Shown here: positions 11,091 through 23,676 of the stretch, piece by piece | Layout: every line of letters starts with the position of its first letter | How positions within the stretch are numbered: position 1 is the stretch's first letter | DNA from: Takakia lepidozioides | Lineage: Eukaryota; Plantae; Bryophyta | NCBI GenBank assembly: GCA_030704615.1 | Contig: CM060733.1 | Coordinates: 72,788,001 to 72,852,000 of the forward strand | Length of the DNA stretch: 64,000 bases | Reading direction: 5' to 3' | Made by a program: the position numbers and the translations under genes | Notes under the pieces: model-generated | Seen by the model: the letters and a program-made list of their open reading frames with translations, nothing else | What the model was told of the DNA's origin: nothing | The model's database searches: none

Positions 11091-12600
11091 CACGTTGGTT
11101 CCCATTGTCACAAATTGACGAGGGGTAACTCGCGGGAGGCTGCCCACGAGGCAGAGCAGCTCGTTCAAGAGGAGGTTAAGTTGAGACCTGGTGCCAAACC
11201 CAAACAAATACAGCTGCAGGCCGCCCATAAGATGGCATTGGCCAGAATTATGTCGGAAGACGGCTCCGACAGAGTTCCTCTCGATGAGAAGGAAATGGAG
11301 GCATTGCTGGAGTCGGTGTTCCACGTCTGTTCACCGAATGTCCGAAACCACATTGTCTCCTGCAAACAGAGAATTGGGCGTGGCTCGGATATGCACTCCA
11401 TTCTGGAGGTGAAGCGACGATGTGGATATGACTACATTCATGGAAGTAGATTTCCAGGACAAGGGACTGAGGCAGATCGTTGTTTCGTATTCAAAATGTC
11501 AACGTGTGGGGACTTGTTATACAGTTGGGTCATGTTCAACCATATCAAGCGAATTACAAATCACCAGTGGGTGACAATGGGTGCACATGTCTACGACACC
11601 CACTGCAGGATGCTAATGACAATTGTTATTTGTGAGATGAAAGGAGAAGACACACAATCGGAGATGCTTCTTTGGCAGGGAATAAACGAACAGATGGCCA
11701 GGGCAAGATTTCCCCCTCCCAATTTTCGTGGTTTCATGGCGGACAACGCACAAGCAAATTGGGCTGCCATCCAAAGGGTGTACGGGGAAGACCCCAATGT
11801 TCCGATGAAAAGCAAGGAGAGATCTTGTGGGTTCCATTTTCTACAGAGCTTGTCGCAGTACACAACCAGGCTCGTGGCGCCAGATTTCAGAGAGGAGCAC
11901 CGTTCCATGTGTCTTGCGTGGAAGTGTGCTCCCACCTTGGATGATGCAGAGACACAGTTTGCATGTATACGGGCTTGGTGGACAACGTCAGGTAGGTCAG
12001 TTGGCTAGCATGGTGGCATTATCGTTTCCTCCAGTTCGGTGACTATATGCGGGAGGTGAGTTGGACAAATTTGCGTCCCGTTGAATATTATGCTAGCTAC
12101 TCATTATTTGTAATTTGCTTGTAACCTGAACATGTGCATGTGCAGGAAATGTGTCTCAACTCCGACACCGACATGCCGACAACAAACATGGCCGAATCAG
12201 TACATTCTTCCTGGCGTGCCTCCTCTGCGGCGCATCTGGTGGACATCCTCACTGCCACAACGGAGGACATTGTCAGGTCAATTATGCAGCAATGCAGGTA
12301 CAACGAGTTCTTGAAAGGGAAACAGTGGGGCTTGGGGCCGGACAGGCAGGAAATGCTGATGCAGACTGCCTCCAGATCGAAGAATCCTCGCAAGTGGGCG
12401 GCAGCCTTGCGAGAGGGCCTTCAGGGCACGCCATTGCTTTGAAGTGGCCAACACTTGAAAGGAGATGTTCACACCCGTCCATTGAGACGAAGACTTGACG
12501 AGGCACCTGGCGGAGAAGAGGATTCGTGGCGAGCTGACAAGAATATTCGCACGCTCCCTCGTGGTCCCGTGATGTTGCCCGAGGAGGTCTCGTCGAGCAC
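11090..12600 (+). pseudogene. MULE/Mutator-type DDE transposase, 5'-truncated, 2 exons
   Basis: WVMFNHIKR (D in copy 2), GFMADNAQANW, SCGFHFLQSL (CxxH hallmark of MULE). After a GT-AG intron (about 12056-12145) comes PTTNMAESVHSSW (catalytic E region). Premature stops at 12006 and 12440. Confidence 0.8.
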
Positions 12601-13085
12601 CGCAAGTCCGATGTCTGAGAAAATGGCGCCGAATCTCCAGTTACATGGCCCAAGAACTGCCCAACATCTGTGCAATCCCCGGCACCATGTACCGAAATTC
12701 GGCGCCACATTTCCAAATTTTGGGCTTACACACCTGCCATGTTGGGACCTATAGCCGCGAAATTCGGCACCATTTTTCGCCGGAGACACCTATTACCGTG
12801 AAATACGTCGCAGCTTTCTCCGGTTGCGGAACCTATTACCGCGAAATTTGGCGCCATTTTTGCAGATGTCGCTCGAAATTCGCATGAGCGGAAGACGAAA
12901 TATCATGAGCACGGCTCTCAAAACTACAATTTTTACTTCAAACAATGAATATTATATTGGTTTTTGTTTTTTTTTGGGACACATTCCATTAAAAATAATG
13001 TTTTTTATTTCCAAAATTTGTACTTCTGCTCATGAAAACCAATTGTCTTGCTACTCCGCTCATGCCGCTCATGCTCATGAAATAG

Positions 13086-13340
13086 CTAACCTCTACCATG
13101 GTGGACATGTATGCCAAATGCGGGAGTATTGATGATGCAAATCAAGTGTTCAACAATTTGACTCAATGAAATGTGTTCTCATGGAGTGCCATGATTGCAG
13201 ATTATGCCCAGAATGGCTGAGGTAGGGAGGCTTTGGCGACCTATGAACAAATGATACAGGAAAAGGTGACACCGAACCATGTTACACTCATTTGCGTTCT
13301 TGGTGCTTGTGCTAGCCTGGCAGTACTAGAGAAGGGCAAA
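13086..13340 (+). pseudogene. PLS-class PPR gene fragment
   Basis: MVDMYAKCGSIDDANQVFNNLTQ*NVFSWSAMIADYAQNG*GREALATYEQMIQEKVTPNHVTLICVLGACASLAVLEKGK. Confidence 0.93.
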
Positions 13341-13760
13341 CACTACAAAGAATCGTCAATTTAACGACCGGATAAACGACTGGAAAATGAGTCGTTGCAG
13401 ACAAAAAATGACTGGGCAACTCGGAGTGCCAACAGACTAGTCTTTTCGGACAGCCCAGTTGTTACGGTCATGATGTGGTCGGAGTGCTTCCGGTCAGTCG
13501 TTCGATTTTTGGGGGGGTGCCATGTGGCGCCGCCGTGCGCCGCGTTGACTGAATCTTGGACCTTGACCACAGTGGACTTTTGATCCGGGGGGTGCGACTT
13601 CCTCATGGTGTTGACGCCGGACATATAGCCGCGTGGCTAAGAGTCGGAACTCCACGTGTTCTCTGTTGTGGATGTGGTCACGTGCAGGTCTGAGGCCACA
13701 CCACGTGGCGCAATAAGTTGTCTGCTGGTTGCCTTCATGACTTGTAAGGGGAGTCGACAA
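13341..13760 (+). mobile_element. CACTA (En/Spm) element terminus
   Basis: CACTACAAAGAA starts exactly where the PPR frame breaks, followed by CGAC/GTCG subterminal motifs. No matching right end was confirmed. Confidence 0.6.
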
Positions 13761-14199
13761 CTAGAGTGTTAAAGTGATAGATGTAACTAGAGGTTTGAAA
13801 TGCACTACTTCACTAGTGATATACATCGACTGTGGGTTGGGAACCAGGCACTCGTAGTGGTTGCAGTGACTTGGGGGCTACGGCTTGTGGTTCATACATG
13901 TGCAATACTATTTCTACTGTCTCCGAATTACAACACAACACAATCCCCAGCAGCCATTGATCATCCCATTGCGGATGTGATTGAGACTGGAGAACATACA
14001 GGGCATTCCATCAAAGCACGAAAAGAAATAAACATGATGAAGAGCACGTGACATTGTATTAAGACAATACCTCAAAACCGTCCCATACTTTGCACAAACT
14101 CATGAGTCCGTAACGACCATGATTGGAACTTAAAAAAAAAATGTCACATATGGTTCTCCTGCACCTAACTTGTTATTCTCCAGATTATACATAATACAA

Positions 14200-14435
14200 C
14201 CCTAGCTTGCATGATGTCTTCACGTCTTTCCTAGGCTAGCACAAGCTGCATTCAAAAGACATATGACAAAAACGTGTTCAGAATCACCCTTCCGGTATTT
14301 GGCCTCAACATACTTCTGCATCCACCCACAGCGAGCATATCAGTGATCATTTGCCTCCAAGACCACATCTGTTTAGGCATACTGCAGGTCCATTGATGAG
14401 CATATATTATGCTCCCACATTTGGCATGCATGTTT
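14200..14435 (-). pseudogene. degenerate PPR fragment
   Basis: Minus strand reads NMHAKCGSI...VWSW and later ACASLG. Confidence 0.55.
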
Positions 14436-15052
14436 AATGTTAAAGATGATACCCCCTTCCACCAGTCTGAAGTCCAACAAACTATGATTCAACCCTACCA
14501 TTTTGCATGATTCAGAACTTCCATACAAACCTCCGCACATAAAAAAGAGAAGTCTCCTTCAGAGGACATGCTTCTTGCTACATTTTGAGAAGGAAATCAC
14601 CGTCCGTGACATGGGAATGAACTGTATCAACCTGTTGTGTCCCTGCCTGGAACTCCATAGCGTACATGGACTTGGAACTATGAGTTCAGCTCTTAGGATG
14701 GTGGCAGGGCCAGGGAGTTTGAGGGCAACCCCTTGGCCGGTACCGGCATGGTAAATTCCGTATCCTGCGTTGGGTTTGGTGAGGGATCCATCGATATAGT
14801 GTGAGTTGGCCGGGGGGTATTTAAGGGTGGTGTTTTGCCGCAGAGTGCAAGTGTGGAGAGAGAGTGTGTGTGTAGCAATTGTAGATGATAGAAGATAGAA
14901 GATAAGAGATAGATTTATTCCTCAAGATTAGCTCTGCAACTTTGTAATGCGATGATTGTGAAGGAATAGGAGAAAAGAAGGGAAAGAAAGAAATTCAATT
15001 AAGTGTTTTCTGTGTAAGAAACAGAGTGATGGAATGATTTGCATTTGATGAA

Positions 15053-15714
15053 TTGAATGATTATCTTTTGTGTCAGATAGTGAGAATGTGCCTCATTGGT
15101 GGAGATGAAAGTTCTATGCAAGAATTAATTCCTGGATTATCGAATGATATATCGATTGTGATATTCAAGAGCCTATATTGTAATGATGTGGAACTAGTGC
15201 AATTAAAGAGCGTGAGTAGGGGCTGGTATAAGGAAATATCAACTCTATATAGACATTGTCATCGGAGACACAATTGGGTACAGATATGGTATCGTCCTTT
15301 TGATGGTTATCCAAAATTAATGAAGGAGTGGAGTAATAACTTTGGAGGTGGGAAATCCTTAGTGGAGTAAAATAAATAAGACTGATGGTGAAGATTGCCT
15401 GAATGGGGGAATTAAGTAATGAGAGAACATAGGAGAGTCCCTCAGAGTTAATTGTCGGTCTACCAAACAAATAATTGATAGAGATATTTAGAAAGCTCTG
15501 TTGCAGCGATATAGAAATAATTCATTTGCAACTTGTGAGTAAAGGATGGTATAGAGAACTATCACTCCTTTATAAAGCCGATTATTGGAGACAAAATTTG
15601 ATAGAACAATGGTATCTAATTTCTGCTGATGGAACAAAATTAATAGAAGATGGGGAGAACATCAATGAGACTGGAAGAATGTTAATTGCGTTAGATGAAG
15701 ATGACTGGTGGTAG
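15053..15714 (+). pseudogene. two tandem F-box-like ORFs or fragments
   Basis: ELIPGLSNDISIVIFKSL...LKSVSRGWY (15053-15370) and ELIVGLPNK*LIEIFRKL...LQLVSKGWY (about 15430-15714). The two align with each other and match the LIPGLP-type plant F-box start. Confidence 0.65.
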
Positions 15715-15856
15715 AAACCACTTGAAGGAGAGAATTGAACGGTATCCAGCAACTTAAAGTCATTATTCCAACCGCAATTGTGTGCTTCCTTGCGAACGAA
15801 CCTTGGGACTGAATGGATTCTATTTTAGAATTAATTCCAGTTCTTATTCTACACCT

Positions 15857-18450
15857 GTATACATGCAAACTCTGTCTCTGCATCATCCAAAGTGGGAGCA
15901 TTCTTCCATGCAAGACACATTGAACGGTGGTCCTCTCTGAAAGCCCAATAAGAGGGCGAAGAGGAAGAAGCCACAGTACAGAGGTGATAAGCCCTCAAAG
16001 CACGAGAGAGAAGAAAGTAGAAACTTTAGAACAGCCCCAGAGGGCCATGAGGGCAGAACTAAGATGGCCGGGGGAAGACCCCCGATCAAAGAGATTAGAA
16101 AGCTGACACAACTACCTTTGTTCTCTTTCTCTCTCTTTCTTGATTTCTCTTGTCCCATAAGCTCTTTGAGCTTTCCTCGGACGTTATAAAGTGCCTTTTC
16201 ATTCCTCTCTGTGAAAGTTGTATAGGAAGTTTCTTTCATTATGTCTTTCTTCAATGCCACCCCTTGTGGGAATAAATATTCTTCTTTCTCTCACAACCTA
16301 CGGATAGAGACTGGCAGATGGGAAAACCTGCATCGGGCGGACAACTATGTCCAGCTTGCACAGGGCGCAACCAGGAAATTGAAACTGAAGAACACTTCTT
16401 CTTCGCCACGAACCTAGTTGTGTACTGCAACAAGCTCTACAAAAAATGGAAACCCACAAGATCTCTCATTTCCTTCCATTGGAACATTCGGGTCTTCCCC
16501 GTACACCCTTCGGACTGCAGCCTAATTTGCTTGTGCGTTGTACCACGGAAATTCGGCGGGGGCAATCCCGCCCTGGCCATCTGTTCGTTCATTCCCTACC
16601 AAAGGTGCATCTCCGATTATGTGTCCTCCCCTTTCATCTCACAAGTAGCAATGGTCATTAGCATTCTGCAGTGGGGGTCGTAGACATGTGCACCCATTGT
16701 CACCCATTGGTGATTTGTAATGCGCTTGATATGGTCGAACATGACCCAACTGTTTGACAAGTCTCCACTCGTCATCCGGTGGACCAGATCCACACCGCTG
16801 CCAGGACCACACGTTGACATTTTGAATATGAAACAACGATCTGCCTCACTCCATTGTCCTAGAAACCGACTTCCATGAATGTAGTCATATCCACATCCTT
16901 GCCCAATTTTCTGTTTGCAGGAGACAATGTGATTTCTGACATTTGGGGAACAGACGTGGGACACCGATTCCAGCAATGCGTCCATTTTATTCTCATCGAG
17001 AGGAACTCTGTCGGAGCCATCTTCTGACGTTATTCTGCCCAATGTCATCTCATGCGCCCTGCAGCTATATCTGTTTCGGTTTGGCACCAGGTCTCAACTT
17101 CACCTCCTCCTGAATGAGCTGCTCTGCTTCTTGGGCAGCCTCCCGTGAGTTCCCCCTCGCCAATTTGTGATAGTGCACACCAATGTGTATGCAAAGTCGT
17201 GTGAGGTCTGGTAAAAGGCTACACACATAGTACTGCTTGGCATTACCAAACGGGGGGTTCTTTGCAATGCGCGGACTTAAATGTGGAGTTTGGAACCTTT
17301 TCCTGAGCTCAAAATGGTTGAGGAGCTATGCTTGTCCGTCTCGTTCCTGTGACCTTTGGATTTATAATGGAAGCAGGTCGCGGAGAAATACCACAGCGCG
17401 TCGGCACGCGGAACGTACCGCACCCGCACACCATCGGGCATCTTCATGCTGGTGGTTCTTGTGACGCACCAAGGGTGACTATCATGCTTTCTAATCCATA
17501 TCTGTCAACATTCCGGACGCTCTAGAATTATCCAACAGAGAAACTCAAAAATGAAATTATCGTCGACGTATGGGGGAAGATGTGTGACAGATTTGATTGT
17601 GAACTTGTTGTAGTCCAGCGCAACCAGCTCAGAGTGGCGTCCCTCCGTGTGCAGCCCTCGCTAAATATCAAGAATGGATCGAGTTGTTGAGCTCGTGTAG
17701 GGAATATGACTCCCACCTCCGTTGATGTCCATTTCGGACTTGCCTGATCTCCAGGATGATCTTGGAACTTCCATGACCTCATCTTCGTCCGACAAGTTGT
17801 GAACAACATGGTTCTCGCTCATCTTCATTGATGGCGGAGGCTTTGGATTAAATTCGTTGCAGAACTCTCTCTTTGAGGTTCCAACTCTCAGATTGGCGGA
17901 CTCTTTCGTGGAAGGCGGTAGGAAAGAAGGCACATTTGGCGGAAAAATGAAGTCCCCAACAGCTCTGTATATGACACTGTCCGATGGTGGAATTTTCCAT
18001 TCCCTGCCGTCGCCGAAATCATCGTGGAGCACAACAATACTTTCGACTACAACTCCATTTGAATCCTTCTTTTCCTCCTCCAAAAATACTGACCCGAGTT
18101 TCAGGTGGTATCGGATGCAGAGATATTTCTCATCAACCCGACAGATTCCCCCCTCTGCACGGAAATTTAGCTCTGTGCGTGTGAGGAGGGCATTACACTA
18201 TAGTGCTTGAGTTTGCAGCCATGGGAGATGTGCACAGAAGACTACGAGCATGGCATTCGGGCAAGCACCCTGGGAGAAGCGGGGATGCAGCGAGGCAAAG
18301 CAATGCAGGGCCGATCTTTCCGAGCGAGGAAGCATATTCACGAATTCGGCGAGCCCATACTCCCAAAAATCCACTATCACAGTTTTCATGAACCTGGTCT
18401 CCAAAATGTGGCCCCTGGCCTTTGCGCAATAACTGCCAAACAGTATGTTG
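15857..18450 (-). pseudogene. MULE-type transposase, copy 2 (frameshifted; keeps N-terminal region absent from copy 1)
   Basis: 15857-17190 is the reverse-complement homologue of 11090-11970 (WVMFDHIKRITNHQWVTMGAHVYDPHCRMLMT). Broken upstream frames run to about 18450. Confidence 0.8.
15943..16403. other. 461-bp filler insertion in transposase copy 2, including a LINE zinc-finger fragment
   Basis: Absent from copy 1, where CCAGA sits at the same site; no TSD. 16318-16403 encodes LCPAC...ETEEHFFF (zf-RVT-like). Confidence 0.75.
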
Positions 18451-19507
18451 TCAGAAGGCTGCAGACCTGTGCAGGTGCCCTCACCCTAGATTCAGATGTC
18501 ATTCATCATTGAAGGAGTCTTGTTTTTCTTATAAAACAATCGGGACAAACAACACCTTTGGTGCAAACTAATAATTGCAGCGTCTGACAAGAGGCATGGC
18601 GGGGCGAGCGTGCAAGCACCTTCTCGATGGACAAAGGGAATTGAAAGAGATGTGGCATTCCACAGTGTCTGAGTACAAGATTGAGTGCTGGACCCTCTCA
18701 GGCAAAAGTCAACATTCAATAGCCAGACCCGCGCAAGGCCGTCCCCGTGAGTGCAATCGTGGAAGCCAGGAAGGTACTCAAGAGCGGACTTTTCACCCGC
18801 CTCTGTTGAGACTGGTCTGTCCGATCCTGCAGGTATATAAGAATGTCCCTGACTTGGGATTGAAGTTCCACGCGGTTCGCCCCCCGTTGGGGCAATTGCT
18901 GGGATCCCGACACGCCATCGCCGAATAGTGAAAAGAGCTATCAGGAAGCAGAGTAAGAGGCCGAGAAGCAAACTTGCAGACTTGGGAGTATGGGAGGAGC
19001 AGAGGAGAGGAGCTGGTCCTGCTGGCTAGATTTGAAAGGGAGTGGGTGTAGGGGGAAATTTGGACAAGTGGCAAACAATAAAGCAACATTTACTTCGTGG
19101 TCGGCTCCATAAAACCGCATTTCCATCCAACATGGATAGAAATCCGGCGCCAAATTTCCATCCACAGGGTTGGATGAAACGATATCGGGACCAAACAGTG
19201 AACTTGGAATGGTGGATGGGGTGAGGAGGTATAGCAATGATTTTTCACATTCCATATTGATAGGGACCTCCCAATGAACTTGGAATGGTGGATGGGGTGA
19301 AAAGAACCACCTTGCTAGAGGGTGAGCAATGATTTTACAAATTCCATTTTGAAACCCCGAAGTTTAAATTCATTGTCATGGTTACGATGGATGTCGACAT
19401 CAGAGGCCGACATCTTTACATGCACATCCTACACACTGAATCTCAAACAGTGATGGTATTGGAGAGATCTACAACATGCTGATGCACAATGTATTCTCTG
19501 TAACAGA

Positions 19508-20060
19508 CTAGGTATTAACCATCATGTCCTCACGACCTTCTTCCAACAACCTCGTGAAAACATAGTGCAGTTGGTGGCGGATCTGATCGAAGTGCACCAC
19601 CACCTCGTCGTCCTCCAAGTTGTTGCATCCATTGTAGAAATGGATGGATACCGCGGCCTCGGAATATCCGTTCATTTCTTCACCCCTGATCCAAACATCC
19701 CCAAATGATGCTGGGTCCAGATAACACTCCCGGTTGTACTGCATGTAGATATGATCAACAAATCACCACTGACAACACTTCCACTCATGTATCATTGCTG
19801 TGGGGAATCTATCCGGGTCCTCGGAAAGCGAGAAATTCTGGTCTCCGATCCGCACGTTCCAGAGTCGTCAAATATGCAGCTGGTCTTCCCACCTGTCCAG
19901 CAGATCCCGTGTCCACTCGTGGACCATGTATGGACACTTGGTGTTCAGACGGGTCATCGCTGAAAGAGGACCTGGACATAGCAAGACGACAATGTCGCCA
20001 ACCCGGGCAGAATAACCTCCGTTCTCTTCAACCCAAGGGCACCCTGCTCGACCACACCAC
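19508..20060 (-). pseudogene. small F-box-like cargo gene remnant
   Basis: TEVILPGL-(frameshift)-DIVVLLC continues through stops into ORF 19508-19744. Confidence 0.35.
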
Positions 20061-20194
20061 ATAGAAACGACGAAGGGATTGAGGAAAGAAACGGCGGATG
20101 GGGAATTGGGGATTGTGAAGAAAAGTCGGACACTAGGAATGAACTATATAGAGTCTGGGGGAGGATGATAGCCAATCGTAAGATTAGCCAAACG

Positions 20195-21335
20195 AGCCCC
20201 CGGATGGAAATCCGGCGCAGGGTTGTCTAAGATGTCACACCTCCAGCAGATGTGCTGCCACCCCCCCCCCCCCGAGACGACTTCATCCAGACCCCCCTGG
20301 ATGGAAATACGACACCGAATTTCCATCCAGGGGATGAACTTGGTGTGACACCTGGTGCTATCTCCCCGTGAGACGACTTCATCCAAGCCCCCCTAGATGG
20401 AAATACGGCGCCGAATTTCCATCTAGAGGATGAACTTGGTGTGACACCTGGCGCTATCTCCCCCTGAGACGACTTCATCCAAAACGCCCTGGATGGAAAT
20501 ACAGCGCCGAATTTCCATCCAAAGGATGAACTTGGTGTGCCACTTGTCGCTCCCTCCCCCCAAGACGACTTCATCCAACTCCACTTGGATGGAAATTCAT
20601 CCAGGGGATGAACTCGATGTGCCACTTGGCGCTCCCTCCTCCCGAGACGACTTCATCCAACTCCACTTGGATGGAAATTCGGCGCCGTATTTCCATCCAG
20701 GGGATGAACTCGGTGTGCCACTTGGCGCTCCCTCCTCCCGAGACGACTTCATCCAACTCCCCTTGGATGGAAATTCGGCGCCGTATTTCCATCCAAGGGA
20801 TGAACTCGGTGTGCCACTTGGCGCTCTCTCGAGACGACTTCATCCAACCCCCTTGGATGGAAAATACGGCGCCAAATTTCCATCCAGGGGATGAACTTGG
20901 TCTGACACTTGGCGCTCTCTCTCCCCGGGATGACTTCATCCAACTCCCCTTGGATGGAAATACGGCGCCAAATTTCCATCCAGGAGATGAACTTGGTATT
21001 ACTCTTGGCGCTCCCTCCCCCCGAGACGACCTCATCCAACTCCCCTTGGATGGAAATTCGGTGCCGTATTTCCATCCAAATGACCCACTTGGTGTGTCAC
21101 CTGTCGCTCCCTCCCCCCGAGACGACATCATCCAACTAGCACGGGATGGAAATTCGGCGCTGTATTTCCATCCGAGGGATGAAATTTGGGAGCCACTTGG
21201 AGCTCTCTCTCCCCGAGACAACTTCATCCAAACACCCCTGGATGGAAATTCGGCGCCGTATTTCCATCCGGCAGGATGAAAATGGGTTCAAGCTGACTGG
21301 ATCTCCTCCCGAATGGATGCAAATTCGGCGTCGGG
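20195..21335. repeat. second 96-bp palindrome array (about 12 units)
   Basis: Shares CCCCGAGACGACTTCATCC and the TGGATGGAAATWCGGCGCCGWATTTCCATCCA core with array 1, but has different linkers. Confidence 0.96.
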
Positions 21336-21383
21336 ATTGGTGGTCCTGGTGGGCTTCCAGAGAATCCCCGTGGCACAGACCTC

Positions 21384-21919
21384 ATGTCGGAGGTCGATAT
21401 GAAGTTGGCCGCTGCCAAGATGTTGGAGGCAATCCACAACAACATTAGCAGGGTGCTGGGAGGCATGGTCTACCCGGCAAAGCTGCGGATTTCTCTCTGC
21501 CGCTTGATATCGTTGCACGTGGTCAGACCTGCCCTCCCCGGTGATATCGACAAGCTCAAATTCTCTTTCCGGGAGGGATATTGCATGGGGTCTACCTCCT
21601 TTTATGTCTCTATTGAGAACGATCACAGAGCTTCTCGTGTACACAGTTCCGAGGAACTCGCCAGCTGGGGCCCCCATTGGCAAACGCGAAACCTGGAGTT
21701 CGAGAAATTGATTGGTAATGATCCTCTTTTCCAGCACTTGTCAGGAAAAATGTTCTACGTGTGGGACGGGAACCATCGGCTCCTAGCATGGATGGAGCAC
21801 ATAGCCCAAGCACACCCCGACGAACTAGATTAACATTACGTCATGGAGTGTGTTGTGCTCAAGGTGGCGGGGCCGGTGGATCGCAGTCTTCTCAAAGCTG
21901 CTATGGTGGACATAAACTC
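21384..21919 (+). pseudogene. ParB/Sulfiredoxin-like domain exon
   Basis: ...HVVRP...IDKLKFSF..GY...MFYVWDGNHRLLAW fits the ParB/Srx DGxHR signature. In-frame TAA at 21831; the frame continues to a GTAAGT donor at 21920. Confidence 0.7.
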
Positions 21920-22801
21920 GTAAGTTAAAATGCTCCTTGCACTAGAACTTGCAATTTCAAACACTCATTTTGTTGGCAGTCCCCTCATATATCAGCGTAG
22001 CTACGGCGTGAGCCCAGTCCCGTGAGCCTGGGAGTTGAGCTCACGTTTTAGCCCGAATCCTACTGGAGAAGTAGGCCCTATAGGCGAGGATAGCAGAAAG
22101 AAACGCTCCCCTTTGGAGGACGAGGAGCCCGAGGTTAACTGGATGCACCGCAGATCGTTTAGGAAAGGAAGGTCCAAAGTGCAACTCTCCTTCGATAGCT
22201 TTAGCAAGAAGTAGCTGTAGCTCTTTCAAAGCAGAGGTAGTTGTAGCCCTTTCTCTCTTTTTCATTTGCTTATTCCCCATGCAGACTCTTGTTCCTTGAG
22301 GTTCGACGCAATGACTTCCTCGTTCTGCCTCTAAGGCATCCGTCTGAAGCTATTCTCTTATCCTATTGTTCCTTGTAGACTCTCTCTCTTTGCTGTCTTC
22401 TGTCTTCTGTTGTTTTGGTTACGAACGAGTGTCTTCCTAGTTCAGCCTCTTTGTACCTTGCGGACGTTTTTGTTCAGTTTTTGTTCCTAGTTCAGCCTCT
22501 TTGTACCTCCGTCCACCCCCTTTTCTTTAAAAAAAAAAAAAGGTACATTGTCATGGTCTGCCGATCTTACAGGTCATTTACAATATATAAATGTCGACCA
22601 ATTGGCCACTGCCAGCATGAAGAGATCAATTCCCTGCAGAATTGCTGCCGACTGAAGTGCAACCCTAAAATGCTCGCCTAGGACGAGGATCTCGCTCTCT
22701 TTGCTCGTCTCTTTCTCTCGACCATTTCTTCGACCTCTGGGGTTTGGTCTTGCATCTGCGAGGGATCGCTTCAAGGAGAGAGAGAGAGAGAGAGGTGAGC
22801 C

Positions 22802-23645
22802 ATGACGACAGCGGCGCGGCCTACGTGGGCGCCGGCAAAGGGAGGCCATGAACAGGGGGGAGTGCGAATGTTTGGTCCATCTCAGAAGTTCTCATCTCGC
22901 GACCTTGCATCTCATACCAATCTTAAGCTCAGGTTGACTTTTTTCCAGTGGTTACTTCGATCTGTGTTATTTTCAACTGTGTGTATGCCCGTGCCCATGT
23001 CAAAGACGAGATTGGGTTTTAGGCTTCATTTGTCCCCTAGGTCATGTTCCCTCAAATGTCCTGCAGACTTTATGCCTTTGCGTGAGGTCTGAGCTTGGAT
23101 TAGGTTTTACGCTTCAATTGTCCCTAGGTTTTCCTTGGTCAGAATTCCTGCAAGGAATGATCGTGTCTTTATGCCTCGCCTGAGGTCTGAGACGAGATTG
23201 GGGTTCATTTCCCCCTTTCTTCGCTCTCAATTATTGCAGGGTGTGGTCCTGTCTTTGAATTAAGGTAGTTCTAGGCTAGGTGTATCCATCTATTTTGGAG
23301 TCACGAATATCGAGTTGATGACCGTTTGTATTGTACTATCACAGGAAAGATGGCCAAGATACCTCTGATGATTTGAGAAAGAGAGACCTGAGGGAAGAGC
23401 TTGAGGACAGGGAACGCCGCCATTTCTCCTCTAAGGATAGAGGCTACTCAGGTCAGCTTCCCTACTTTCAATTTCTTCTTTCTGTTTCACTTCAGTAGTT
23501 GAGTTCGTCTATGTTTGGACATGTGTGCTAATGTTTTGAAGGGAACTCATTCCAGGGCCACTTTATGTTGGGATTAATGACATGGTTGGTTTTCCTGATC
23601 GCTGCTTCTTGGTATGCAGAGTTTCCAACTCCGGAAATTGTAAAC

Positions 23646-23676
<31 letters not shown>

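Larger units (their letters stand above)
7149..13085. mobile_element. Mutator-like DNA element with palindromic arrays, copy 1 (internally deleted)
   Basis: Contains a MULE-type transposase (+), a cargo exon (-), and the GAAAWWYGGCGCCRWWTTTC motif scattered from 8250 to 12860. The transposase is homologous to 15857-17190. Boundaries are approximate. Confidence 0.7.
15857..21995. mobile_element. Mutator-like DNA element with palindromic arrays, copy 2
   Basis: Transposase (-), F-box-like remnant (-), 96-bp palindrome array and ParB-like exon (+). Both ends are truncated. Confidence 0.7.

Noticed and set aside
9591-11118. Long ORFs in several frames over the arrays
   Set aside because: A by-product of a 96-bp (multiple of 3), stop-poor repeat; no protein signature.
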